Origin: Octopus sinensis
Lineage: Eukaryota
Assembly (NCBI RefSeq): GCF_006345805.1
Contig: NC_042998.1
Location: forward strand, 129,022,001-129,086,000
DNA: 64,000 nucleotides
Reading direction: 5' to 3'
In this document: positions 40,112 to 52,797 of the stretch, piece by piece
Numbering within the stretch: the first letter of the stretch is position 1
Layout: the number at the start of each line of letters is the position of its first letter
The notes under the pieces: model-generated
Seen by the model: the letters and a program-made list of their open reading frames with translations, nothing else
The model's database searches: none
What the model was told of the DNA's origin: nothing
Program-made: the position numbers and the translations under genes

Positions 40112-41330
40112 AAGTGGCTGCTGTTCTTCTCGGCAACGAGGATGAAACAGTCCTCCAGGCCACAATGACTGAGGATATAAATTGGAGAGGACAAACGTTA
40201 GATATGATCATTCAGGGATCAGAAGAGAGCTTGGAAGACATGACAGAAACTGTAACAGTTGAAGACACAGTGCTGAAAGTCAGGGTGGAGGGCAGAATCC
40301 CTAAAGGGTCACATCAGAGCGGACTGCCGTTCACCACCCAAGAAGACCCAGGAGGAACGAAGGGAGGGAACCAGTGAGAGCGGAGGAGGATTTAACATCG
40401 GAAACAATGAAGGAAGATGATGAGACATGGAAGAAAGTAGAAAGTAAGAATACAAGGAAAAAGGAAGAAGGCAAATCATACAGATTTGAACCCCCCACCC
40501 CACCCTCTCCCCACAGACACCAAACCTATCCACTCCTCTCCGACACACGCACACACAAAAGAAATCACTAGCACACAAGAACCCCCAAACTCCCTCCTCC
40601 CAGAAAAAAACGAAAAAAAATGTTCAGTGATAATGTACGATGACGCTAATGAAGAGTTGTATAATGAGGTAAGATCTTGGAATGATATCTTGGCAGTGGA
40701 AACAAACGGTTTCGATAACATCAAGGGGGTTGGTATTGTTGTTTATTACTTTCGGAGTAGTAAGAGAAAGAGGGTACTGAAGTATAAAGGCGGCGAGCTG
40801 GCAGAAACGTTAGCACGCCGGGCGAAATGCGTAGCCGTATTTCGTCTGCTGTCACGTTCTGAGTTCAAATTCCGCCGAGGTTGACTTTGCCTTTCATCCT
40901 TTCGGGGTAGATTAAATAAGTACTAGTTACACACTGGGGTCGATATAATCGACTTAATCCGTTTGTCCTTGTTTGTCCTCTCTGTGTTTAGCCCCTTGTG
41001 GGTAGTAAAGAAATAGGTATTGAAGTATAAAGGTGGATATAAGATGTAGGAAGTGGAACTGGATAGGAATGCGATGCCAGGCCTTGTGACTTATGAGGAA
41101 TTGTTGAAAGAACACGGGATCGATATTTTGGAGGGAACAGGATATAAAAGGAATTAAAGGTATAAATGAAGAGGGCTCAGAGGTGGGACCGAGTGGCTTC
41201 ATTACAATTTTCATTTTCAACTTGTCATTACACGTTTTTCATATGTTGTTCTATTTTTTCCCCTATTTTGTGTCCTCACATGTGATGAATTGTCCCCTCT
41301 GTGTTCGCCTCTTGGTTGGTAATAAAAAGA
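40112..41330 (+). mobile_element. Non-LTR retrotransposon ORF1 (gag-like) remnant with 3' UTR
   Basis: LKVRVEGRIPK followed (frameshifted) by GHIRADC, a zinc-knuckle remnant; ends ggtaataaaaaga; starts at a (CA)n tract. Confidence 0.55.
40789..41020 (+). mobile_element. SINE family A with target-site duplication
   Basis: ggcggcgagctggcagaaacgttagc...gtaaagaaataggtat, flanked by tgaagtataaa at 40778-40788 and 41021-41031. Confidence 0.92.
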
Positions 41331-41771
41331 TTAGGACGTTGGTGTTGACTTTGCGAAGGTTTGCGCTTTCTGAGTGCTCTTGTTATTATGTTTGTTTTTT
41401 CTCTCTTTTAGTCTGTGTAGTTGAAAAGTAATGCTAACTTTGGTCTGATTTTCACTCTGAACTTAAGGAACTGAAAGACATTTTATTCGGTGCTGTACTA
41501 TTTCTGCTATTCAATCTTCATTATGCTAGAATATTGATTCAGCTGAAGAGGCAGAAATTGTAAAATGTAGGAGTAAATGCGAACGGTATTTTAATTCTAT
41601 GAAGCAACTACCTGTAATGAATTTAGGCAGCCTGAATCAACTGAACCGTTACACTTCCTCTGTGAATTTGAGACGTTTGTGTTTATGTTATTTGTCAATA
41701 TTAATTAATATAGTAAGAAATAATTATTTGAAATATTTCAAAAGTAACCGGGCACTACGTCGACGACGACG

Positions 41772-41831
<60 letters not shown>

Positions 41832-43260
41832 GGTGCTGCTGGTGTTGGTGCTGCTAGTTGTCGCATTAAAATGTCGAAGAGGAACTCTTTGTGTGCCATC
41901 TACAGATTAACAACTTTATTCGTACAAGCTGGAAATCCATTCAGCGATACAGATATTGATATCAAGATAGATTAAGGCCACATATAGATAACTCACTGTG
42001 AGAAATCCTATATCACAATATTATCAATAGCAAGTCGAGTTCTTGTATTCTTTTAGTCTTTGAAAGAATGGTTAAATATTGTTTGTAATAGATAAAAAAA
42101 CACCGCCGGAAAGATCGTTGGCGTGATCATTTGACCTACTAGAAACAACAGCTCAATTCTACCTCATGTCTCTCTGTTTCTTCCGCACAGTCACTCTCTT
42201 AGAAAATAATGCTTTGAATATGTCCACGTAAGAAAACAGTGAGATGGTCACGGCTGAAGTGTCTTTACTTATAAATTTGTTCGTTCACGATCGACCTGGG
42301 GTTAAACTATAGTAGCAACAGGAACAACCAAAAAAACTGGAAAGCTAAATGAAACAAGGAATAGACACTCTACTTAGAGAGAGAGAGGTAAGATCACATA
42401 AGCTAATCCTACCAGTGAAATTACAGTTGTATCAGATATGATAAACACAGGTATAAATATCATAAATATAGAAGTAAAACAACTGGAAAACATTGAAATA
42501 CAGAGAAGAGAATATTCAACTTGAATAATACCTTAAGAAGGTATGCTTTTGTATTTATCACCAGAAAAAAAAAACACATATGAGTTATCAACGTAGAAGC
42601 ACACGGATTTTCTTTTAAGGAGAACTAAATGCACTTTTGAGATCTCCTTTTGGAAAGAAGAATGTAAATATAACAAAAGTAATCGCAGGAAAAGGCTGTG
42701 TAGTTAAGAGGATTGCTCTGCAAGCCTCGTTGTTTTGCGTTCAATCTCACAGCCGTAGCACTTATTCTGGGAACAATTATTGCCCAATACGTTGTTGGTG
42801 AAATTTGAATAACGGAGTCTGTATCTCTCTCCTCCTCTCCTCTTTTACTCTCCTCACTCCTCTTTCTCCCCTCATCTCTATCCCTATATATATATATATA
42901 TATATAAAATTTTATCAGGTGCATGCAGGCTTGTTTCCATGGAAGTTCTATTATGCTCTGAAAATCACCCATGTCACGGACAGCTCGACAAGCTTAAATA
43001 CACTACTACACTCTACATTGATATTGCGTACAACGAGTATATATACTCTTTACTCTTTTACTTGATTCAGTCATTTGAGTGTGGCCATGCTGGAGCACCA
43101 CCTTTTAGTCGAGCAAATCGACCCCAGGACTTATTCTTTGTAAGCTTAGTACTTATTCTATCAGTCTCTTTTGCCGAACCGCTAAGTTACGGGGACGTAA
43201 ACACATCAGCATCGGTTGTCAAGCGATGTTGGGCAGACAAACACAGACACGCAAACATAT

Positions 43261-43336
<76 letters not shown>

Positions 43337-43693
43337 TATAAAATGAGATAGGGGTTGAAAATTCAACCCACCATGGGATAACATATATCCAATATACTGC
43401 TAGAGAGGTACCCAACAATACTAATACATAAATGTTAAAAATTGCCATGCAATTAATTCATCTACTGTATTATGTGGGCAAAGGTAAAAATATTACCGTA
43501 AATTAATACTACAAAATTAGAAAATGGAGAAACATACTTAAATCAATCAAATATCAACCATCAGATGATACCCAATCAATACTTTATTAGACCATTACAT
43601 AACAGTAAAGGCATTATACAAAATATATAGTAAATATAATTAGACAAAGAAATAGACATATAAATATAAAATATAATATATAATTATATCATA

Positions 43694-43804
43694 TCTGACA
43701 GCTGTTTCGGCCGTAAGGGCAAGCATGCCTCATTTAACCTATAAGCCATATAAGGCAGGTATAAATGAGACATTAACAAGGATGCCCCACGGCCTCTTCA
43801 GAGA
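43694..43804 (-). ncRNA. Type I hammerhead ribozyme with long stem II (inverted copy)
   Basis: Reverse complement of 45228-45338. Confidence 0.8.
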
Positions 43805-44152
43805 ATTTAATTTATTATAAGTGTGAAAAAATTTTTTTTATACATATAAATATAAAAATATAAAATATAAAAACGTGTGCATAGACACTCATAATACTAC
43901 ACACATATATATATACTCATTAATACAATAATACAAAATAAACAAAACAAAATATATCCATATATATTAACAAACACAGTTATTCTACATATTGGGCTTA
44001 CTAGTTCCAAAAACTAACACACAGGAAAATATATGCACACTCACATTTAAATTAAAATCAGACCTATACATGAAAAATAATAAAAAAAAACACACAGTTC
44101 AGTTCATAAAATTATAAACCTGTAAAAGTCAATAAAAATTACTATTAATATC

Positions 44153-44213
<61 letters not shown>

Positions 44214-44217
<4 letters not shown>

Positions 44218-44822
44218 GGCTAAGAAGGAATATATTCACAGACATGACAGAGTTGGAACCTACATACATTGGAAGCTATGCCAACATTATGGAATAACAA
44301 CAGAAAAAAGATGGTATAGGCACACACCAGAAAAGGTCACAGAAAACGAGAAAGCAACCATACTCTGGGATATGCCGATACACACAGATAGAGAAATTAA
44401 GGCCAACAGACCAGATATAGTTGTCAGAGATCATGAAGAAAAAAAATGCTTTCTAATTGATGTATCAATACCGGCAGATGACAACGTGTCTCTAAAAGAA
44501 ATGGAGAAACTCTCAAAATACAAAGACCTGGAAATAGAGGTAACTAGAATGTGGAACCTGAAAACAGAAACAATTCCTATCATAGTAGGTGCATTAGGCA
44601 TGATAAAAAATATTCAGACAAATACATAACAAAAACACCAGGACTTACAAACACATATAACATACAGAAAATTGCACTACTAGGCACTGCACACATCCTA
44701 CGCAGAACACTTTCCATACAATAACCATCAGAGCATCACAACAAATCACAGCACATACCCAAGGCACACAGAGCTGCGCTCGGTAGTGAAGTGAAAGTAC
44801 GCTATAAAAATAAAACTACTGA
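44214..44822 (+). mobile_element. 5'-truncated R4/Dong-like non-LTR retrotransposon in (TAA)n
   Basis: YIHRHDRVGTYIHWKLC, NRPDIVVRD...CFLIDVSIP...EKLSKYKDL (PD..D restriction-like endonuclease); (TAA)n on both sides. Confidence 0.88.
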
Positions 44823-45227
44823 ATAATAATAATAATAATAAATACAATTATGTCTGTACCAAGTACATCCATCGGACATCGACATATCTATGAGTTTAAT
44901 TATTCTGTCCGCTTGGTATTGATTATTCTAGATTAATTCGATTGGCTTATAGTTTAAAATTTGAATCACAAAAGAAATTTTACGGTTAGTTAGTCAAGAA
45001 ACGCACATACGCACACGCACATCCACAGATCAATCGCACATACATACATAATTATATGTACACACACACACATACACTCATACACATACATATCTACAAA
45101 CAACGTCAAACACATAAATAAATAAATAATAAAAGAGGTATAATCCTAGCTATGCAGCCATCCATATTTTTTTATTTTCATATTTATATGTATAAAAAAA
45201 ATTTTTCACACTTATAATAAATTAAAT

Positions 45228-45338
45228 TCTCTGAAGAGGCCGTGGGGCATCCTTGTTAATGTCTCATATATACCTGCCTTATATGGCTTATAGGTTAAAT
45301 GAGGCATGCTTGCCCTTACGGCCGAAACAGCTGTCAGA
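45228..45338 (+). ncRNA. Type I hammerhead ribozyme with canonical core, 86-nt stem II and palindromic stem III
   Basis: TCT-CTGAAGA-GGCCGTGGGGCA...TGCCCTTACGGCC-GAAA-CAGCTG-TC-AGA; predicted cleavage after 45335. Confidence 0.85.
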
Positions 45339-45693
45339 TATGATATAATTATATATTATATTTTATATTTTATATGTCTATTTCTTTGTCTAATTATATT
45401 TACTATATATTTTGTATAATGCCTTTACTGTTATGTAATGGTCTAATAAAGTATCGATTGGGTATCATCTGATGGTTGATATTTGATTGATTTAAGTATG
45501 TTTCTCCATTTTCTAATTTTGTAGTATATATATACATATATACGACGGGCTTCTTTCAGTTTCCGTCTACCAAATCCACCCACAAGGCTTTGGTTGGCCC
45601 GAGGCTATAGTAGAAGACACTCGCCCAAGGTGCCACGCAGTGAGACTGAACCCGGAACCATGTGGTTGGTAAGCAAGCTACGTACCACACAGC

Positions 45694-45744
<51 letters not shown>

Positions 45745-46819
45745 ATATATATACATACATGCGAATGTATGTGTGTGTGTGTGCGTGCGTGCGTATATAT
45801 ATATATATATAATATATATATATATATAGGGATTATGTAGAGGCTTCTGTGAAAGGAGGTGTGCAACTTGATATTTTCTCTTCCATCTACCAACATTAAT
45901 ATTCTTTCTCTTCTAAGAAGTTGCAAACCGTCGTACATGAATGATTTGTGGTAATGTCAACTTTCTAGATGTGTCCAGTCTATAAATCACTCGCTAATGT
46001 TGAGATGACTTTCAAACTGCAGATCATTTTATAAATCCTATATTTTATATCATCCATCAGCTTATTCCTCCTGATGCATTAAAATAGTTTTTCCTTCCTT
46101 TGTTGTATCTTGTGGTAATTGGATATTTTCATTCGCCAATTCAAACGCAACAGACACAGAACAAAGTGAATATGAAGTATCTCAGCAGATATCACAAACC
46201 CAGTATTGTCAATTCTTTTTTACATAAATATCTTAAGATTTCATTTAATGATGCACCAATAATTTGAATAACCTGTGTGTGATATTTAATAGAAAGTTAC
46301 TTTATAATCAATTTAAAACCGTGGCATTCCCAAAATTTCCATTTTCCAACTATTAACCACATCTCTACTATTTTGTGTTTAATTCAACATTTTTGTCAAT
46401 CCCACATTCGACTGTGTTCCGACGTCTTATCTACAATTCTCTAAGTGGGGTTTAAACTTAGAACCTTTATTTTTAATAGAGTTTCAACACTGTGTTCTGT
46501 AACGTTAAACCCCAAAATTTAAAAGAAGTTAAGACAGCATAATGATGTTGTTTCTGAATGAAATTAATACGGCATGAGAGAACTGAATCCATAAATCCCA
46601 TGTGTGCTTATACTTAGATCCATACACAAACGCTTCCAGAAAGACAATGGCTTATATTAGCTGAGCGCAAAATATAAATGAGTTATTTAACCATCAACTA
46701 TTTACAACGTATTTCAGCTTATTTATCAAAATAACAACCACTAAAAGCTACACATTCCCCAACAAGAAACAAGTTAATTTATTCTGGACAAAAAAAGAAA
46801 TGGATAACTCTCCTCGAAT

Positions 46820-47000
46820 CATTTAGACTCACAGAGACGGTTTCCAGGATTCTGTGGCCTATGTACTCCCCGCTCCTTAGACAGGACGCCGGTCCATCGC
46901 AGGAATACTCATCTTTGCCTGCTGAGTGAAAATGAAGTTTTTTGCTCAAGAACACAACACATTGCTCACTTCAGGAATCGAAACCACAATCTTACGATTG
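46820..47000 (-). mobile_element. SINE family C
   Basis: ggacgccggtccatcgcagga...ttgctcaagaacacaac...ggaatcgaaaccacaatcttacgat. Confidence 0.75.
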
Positions 47001-47034
47001 TAGTGTTGGTTAGGTTAGATTAGAGTGCAAAAGC

Positions 47035-48121
47035 CTAACCATTAAACCACACGATAGGATTCCCGACGTGTAGGATCGATAAATTTTTCGAAGGCCTTTT
47101 GAGGAACTGCTTGATTGTTGAACACCTTCTTTGCAGGAACTTATCTCGATACTTGGAAAAAGGGTGTTCGGTCAGAGAGACGTCTTGGAAAATAGTTGGG
47201 TGAGGTATAGCCTCACCGTCCATTTCATTCATTATCTGTTGGATCATTTGCAAGATATGCGTTTAAGTATTGTTATGGAGAAGAATTGATCTGTTTCATT
47301 TCATGGAGACAAACTTTGCAGCTTTTGTATTTTATTGTTCTTCTGGCAATACTAAAGAAACAGAAGTGGATAATTTCTATTGCCGGCAACCAAACAATTA
47401 TCATAAACTTATTTTTATGTTGCATTGGTTTAGGAAAATGTTTTAGTCCATTTACAGCGTAAATGGTGGTCGTTTGAAATCTTTTTTTCATAATATATCA
47501 CGCCATAATGAAAAACAAATTGATTTGTTCGGATGGGTGAAACAAATGCGCAGCAGAATACGTATTGGTGATTTAAAAAAAAAATTTTTGTTCGGCTCCT
47601 GCGGCATGTTGTGCACTTCTGACTTTGCAGTGTGGAGAAAATGAAAAGTTGCAGACGAACTAAACAATTGTTGAATAATAACGTTTAGTTCTTTTGCATC
47701 ATCTCACGTTGTTTAGTGTGGGTCTGTTTCTGTAATGATTCTTAATTGGTCGCTGTTTATGGCTGAAGGTTGTCTACGGCCTTCCTCATTTTCAAGACTC
47801 TTGTCTCTTCTATGAAATTGTTGGAATCAATGTTAAAATGCATGTTTACTTTGTGACAAATCTCTGGCAAAATGCATGGCCGATATCACGTGCAGTTTGC
47901 GTTTCATATGTAAAATCGCTCAGTTTTACTTTTTCTCCTATTCTGTTTCCTCTATGTGTCAGTCTCAGAGAAACAAGAACAAAAGTGACTGCAAAACCAT
48001 TGCCATAAAGCAATAGACGAAATCTACTCTTCAAAATGGCACTTACATAAAAGTTCAGTCCTAAATAACCATCGAAGTTTATAACAAGAAACCATGTAGT
48101 TATGTTTGTTCCAACCTAATA
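47035..48121 (-). mobile_element. Heavily decayed mariner
   Basis: TIR-like ttaggttggaacaaac at the right end (minus strand); KHFPKPMQHKNKFMIIVW..IEIIH resembles mariner PKP.LHPKK.M..VWW...GIIH. Confidence 0.65.
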
Positions 48122-49524
48122 GTTTATATATATTTCTATATATATAAATATATAGAAATAGGCTAGCTCCAGAAATTAACAACTCTAGAAAAAAACAAAA
48201 AAAAAAAAACAAAACAAAACAAATGAACCACACAAAACAAAACGTAAACATTATTAGAGCATTCTCTGAAAAGCAATTTGCTAATCCTTGAATATTTGTA
48301 TGTATGTTTCCCAAATAATACGACATTGTAATATAATAAAAGAAAAGAAAATCTTGAAAGATCTCTCAAAATATAAATATATGAATAAATAAAGATGTAA
48401 AAATAATAATGTTAGTAATGATTTTCTACATTGACAAAAGACCAAAGAGATGCAAGGGAGAAATATAGCTGAATGAATCAACCTTGGTCCATGCTAGTAC
48501 TTATTGTATCAAATATAAGGATGGTAATGGTATAATATTAGCATTAATAAAAATAGGAGGAGTGGTATGAGAAGTAATAGTTACATTAATAACTATAATG
48601 GTAGTAATAACACAAATAACAATAAGAAAACCCATATTCTTGTGCGCAGCGAAAATAGATCAAAGAAATAGCAATTTTAATTGGTTCATTTCGAAGAAAT
48701 AATAATTTTTTCCCCACCGATTTCTACTCTCTAGTTTGGAATAAGATTCAGGTTTCATGTTGCACAAATTGGAAATCAAATTCTAACTAAATGTATTTTC
48801 GAAAATATCTGCATGTTTCTCTTTCATTTCTTTTTATAAATTTTTATTTCGTTCCGAAAGAATAATGTTATGCGTAGCAATCATGAACATCATTATCATT
48901 GTCATCGTTGTTTTTACGCTCCCTACTCTGCCTTTACCTCCTTTTCCTTGTCTTCCTCTTAGCCCTCCTGCTCCTTATTTTAATCATATAATCACCATCG
49001 TATAACCATGTAATCATATTAACCACCGTTGTCAGATTCACTGCTCAACATAATCATCATCATTGTCTTTATCATTATCATTTATCATCATCAACATTAC
49101 CAAAAGAACTGTGGAGTAGAAATGCCTTCTTTGTCATCATCAACATTACCAACAGAATTGTGAAGTAGAAATATCATCATCATCATCATCAACCCTTCCG
49201 CTTTCCACAGCTTCTTCCTCGTCAGTTATGCTTCAATCATTGCCATTTTCATCATCGGCGTCATCATTATTTTCATTCTACTCTGTAACCAAACACTGTG
49301 TCAGTTTATTAATTCTATACACAAATATATATTTAGTCATGCTCCAGATTAATGTTGCTAGTCGAAAGAACTACAAAGATCACATGGATTTCACAACTGA
49401 CTGTCGTATTGCAATTTCGACCAAATCATTTCTGAACGACTCAGCAGTGATGTATTTATGACATATGCTTTGTAATTCATGCTGCCTTCGACACACGCAC
49501 ACGCACACACACACACACACACAC

Positions 49525-49568
<44 letters not shown>

Positions 49569-49676
49569 CACACACACACATACAAACACACGTATATATG
49601 TATATGTATATATATATGTGTGTATGTATGTATATATGTGTCTCCCTATATATATATGTATGCATATATATACACC

Positions 49677-49745
<69 letters not shown>

Positions 49746-49746
49746 T

Positions 49747-49777
<31 letters not shown>

Positions 49778-50136
49778 CAAATGAACTAAAAAACAGAACA
49801 CAAAGGATGTCGCGGTACACGTATTTCAAGCTTTATACAACAACCTATTCTTACATCAATGTATAATCGACATAACAGACGGTTTAAAGCTCTCTTCAGC
49901 TGCATGCAATTGCTATACCAAAGACCTCCATCACATTATGAAAAAACCGAAAATGTACATTTTGTATTATCTATAATGGTGAGTATATTGAGTTTCACTG
50001 AGAAAGTAAGTTTGTAAATCTGCATAATCAAATAGGTATGTAGGGTATCATTGGACTTCAAAAATCCGTCCATGCTCTATCATCAGTCAACAGCTGGCAT
50101 ATACAGGTGCTTACACTTATCAAGTATTCACCCTGA

Positions 50137-50180
<44 letters not shown>

Positions 50181-50847
50181 CAACAATTGAGGGTAAAATT
50201 AATTAATTAATCAATTTCACCAAGTATTCAGTATGCAAAGGGACCATTTAAGGCGAATTCAAATTATTACATTATATAAAAGGGCTTAGTAAAATAAATT
50301 ACTTTGCCGCATACTGAACTCATTAGAAATAGCAGCTAAAAAAAACTTTTTTAAAACTATTTCTAATACTTAAAGAAAACCTCTCTCATATAGTGTTTGC
50401 TCAATTCAACTCACGAAAGTATGGGGGTAGAGACATTAAAAAATCAAATGCAAAGGTTATTTGAGAACGTACGTTTCAAGTATGTTCAGTATGCGGCAAA
50501 GTAATTTATTTTACTAAGCCCTTTTATATAATGTAATAATTTGAATTCGCCTTAAATGGTCCCTTTGCATACTGAATACTTGGTGAATTTGATTAATTAA
50601 TTAATTTTACCCTCAATTGTTGAAATTATAATTCATCTCTCTCTATTTAATGCCTCGGATTTTACCGAAAAAAGCATAGTGTTTACTGATTTTAACCCAC
50701 GCTGGTGGAAAGGGGAGAGCAGAAATTCTTCGCTTGCATATTTGAGTTTGCTGGCACTGTTAGTTTCGAGCAGATCTTCAGAAGCGATAAGAAGCCGAAA
50801 GGGTATGCTCCCACTTTCAGTGTTTTCAAATCCAAACCAGGGAGTTC

Positions 50848-50900
50848 TGAGCTGCTGATAGAAGTGTCGAGTTTGACTAATCTTGAAACGTACGTTCTCA
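50848..50900 (+). ncRNA. Hammerhead-like motif (A6C core variant), unit 1
   Basis: TGAG-CTGCTGA-tAGAagtGTCgagtttGACtaaTCTt-GAAA-CGTACG-TT-CTCA. Confidence 0.55.
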
Positions 50901-51405
50901 AATAACCTTTGCATTTGATTTTTTAATGTCTCTACCCCCATACTTTCGTGAGTTGAATTGAGCAAACACTATATGAGAGAGGTTTTCTTTAAGTATTAGA
51001 AATAGTTTTTAAAAAGTTTTTTTAGCTGCTATTTCTAATGAGTTCAGTATGCGGCAAAGTAATTTATTTTACTAAGCCCTTTTATATAATGTAATAATTT
51101 GAATTCGCCTTAAATGGTCCCTTTGCATACTGAATACTTGGTGAAATTGATTAATTAATTAATTTTACCCTCAATTGTTGAAATTATAATTCATCTCTCT
51201 CTATTTAATGCCTCGGATTTTACCGAAAAAAGCATAGTGTTTACTGATTTTAACCCACGCTGGTGGAAAGGGGAGAGCAGAAATTCTTCGCTTGCATATT
51301 TGAGTTTGCTGGCACTGTTAGTTTCGAGCAGATCTTCAGAAGCGATAAGAAGCCGAAAGGGTATGCTCCCACTTTCAGTGTTTTCAAATCCAAACCAGGG
51401 AGTTC

Positions 51406-51458
51406 TGAGCTGCTGATAGAAGTGTCGAGTTTGACTAATCTTGAAACGTACGTTCTCA
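51406..51458 (+). ncRNA. Hammerhead-like motif (A6C core variant), unit 2
   Basis: Identical copy 558 bp downstream. Confidence 0.55.
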
Positions 51459-51646
51459 AATAACCTTTGCATTTGATTTTTTAATGTCTCTACCCCCATA
51501 CTTTCGTGAGTTGAATTGAGCAAACACTATATGAGAGAGGTTTTCTTTAAGTATTAGAAATAGTTTTTAAAAAGTTTTTTTAGCTGCTATTTCTAATGAG
51601 TTCAGTATGCGGCAAAGTAATTTATTTTACTAAGCCCTTTTATATA

Positions 51647-51739
<93 letters not shown>

Positions 51740-51749
51740 TATATACAAT

Positions 51750-52192
51750 ATAAAATAGGACCAGTGTTCCAAGGGAATGATTTACTGACAGCGGACCCAG
51801 AAAGGATAAGTGAGTTACTCAGTGACCAATCTAAAAGTATCTTCACTAAGTATCGTCACCTTGGACATATGCACATAAAAATCCGACTGAATATTGCAGC
51901 TCTAAAAAAGGAGACGACAGCCATAGATTACATCGACATCGAGGAGTCAGATGTAATAGCGGCCATAGATGAAATGAGGTCATGCTCCACAACTGGTCCT
52001 GATGTCTTCCCAGCTATTCTGAAGTCTTATAAGCAGGCTTTATCGAAACCATTTCAGATACTTTTCCAAAGTTTCCTTGCAAGCGATAAACCTCCTAAAA
52101 TGCTGAAAGAAGGTATTATATGCTCTATCTAAAAATTTATTATATGCTCTATCTAAAAACTACAGGCCAATCTCTCTGAATACACATATTTG
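51750..52192 (+). mobile_element. LINE ORF2 fragment (region just N-terminal of RT; CR1/L2/Jockey-like)
   Basis: IEESDVIAAIDEM..CSTTGPDVFPAILK...LSKPFQILFQSFL....P...K.G.I...K...NYRPISL. Confidence 0.8.
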
Positions 52193-52623
52193 TCTTCTTC
52201 CTCTCCGCCATCCTCTTCCTTCCTTTACTACTACTGCTGTTTAGAATAACACCGACGCAAATATTATAAACAATACCTTCAAAAGTGATATCTCAAGAAT
52301 TCAATCACTACCAGCATCCACAACAAGTCACTTTCAGGGCACTTGACCATTTAACAAACTACTACTATCATAGCACTCCCGTATTCTACTTCTTGTCCTC
52401 CGCCTCCCCTTTTTCTTCTTCTTCTTCTTCTTCTTCTTCTTCTTCTTCTTCTTTTTCTTCTCTGCCAAGAATTCACAACAATCTCGAAACCACACGAGTA
52501 AACAAGAGAGACAGAGACAGGCAGAAACAAGGAAAATGCCCCTTGTATTTGAATACCATGCAAATATTCTTTTAAAAAACTTTTCATTTAATTTTTCCAA
52601 AATTTAATTGTTTTCCGAACCTA

Positions 52624-52659
52624 CAGTTGAAAAAGTCTCAATGATCGAAACCGGTACTG
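52624..52659 (+). ncRNA. Decayed minimal hammerhead (U3-A8 core)
   Basis: CAG-TTGAAAA-aGTC-tcaat-GATc-GAAA-CCGG-TA-CTG. Confidence 0.55.
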
Positions 52660-52744
52660 AACTGTTTTTATAAAATTATTTTAGCATTTTCTACCTTGAC
52701 TTTTTCCCATATATACATACAACATATACATATCTACACACACA

Positions 52745-52797
<53 letters not shown>

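Larger units (their letters stand above)
43335..45527. mobile_element. Penelope-pLTR/retrozyme-like insertion with a ~360-bp inverted duplication
   Basis: ~43506-43868 is the reverse complement of ~45165-45527; each arm holds a hammerhead; (TA)n at both ends. Confidence 0.8.
43045..45697 (-). mobile_element. SINE family B split by a ~2.2-kb insertion in its internal (TA)n
   Basis: Tail half 43045-43272; head half 45543-45697 (cgacgggcttctttcagtttcc...accacacagccact). Confidence 0.85.
50177..51648. mobile_element. Retrozyme-like array: 558-bp unit x ~2.1 in tandem plus an inverted ~300-bp partial copy
   Basis: gttcagtatgcggc at 50484, 51042 and 51600; 50177-50480 is the reverse complement of part of the unit; (TA)n at both ends. 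Confidence 0.9.

Noticed and set aside
49865-49895. Minus-strand cagCTGAAGAgagctttaaaccgtctg
   Set aside because: G12 is missing and the stems are weak; cannot be distinguished from chance.
50750-50790. Antisense CTGAAGA-tctgctc-GAAAC in the 558-bp unit, a possible second-polarity hammerhead
   Set aside because: No stem II pairing, a G at position 17 and no stem I in register.
50633-51523. Duplicated 110-aa ORF
   Set aside because: A by-product of the 558-bp tandem unit; non-ATG start and no recognisable domain.
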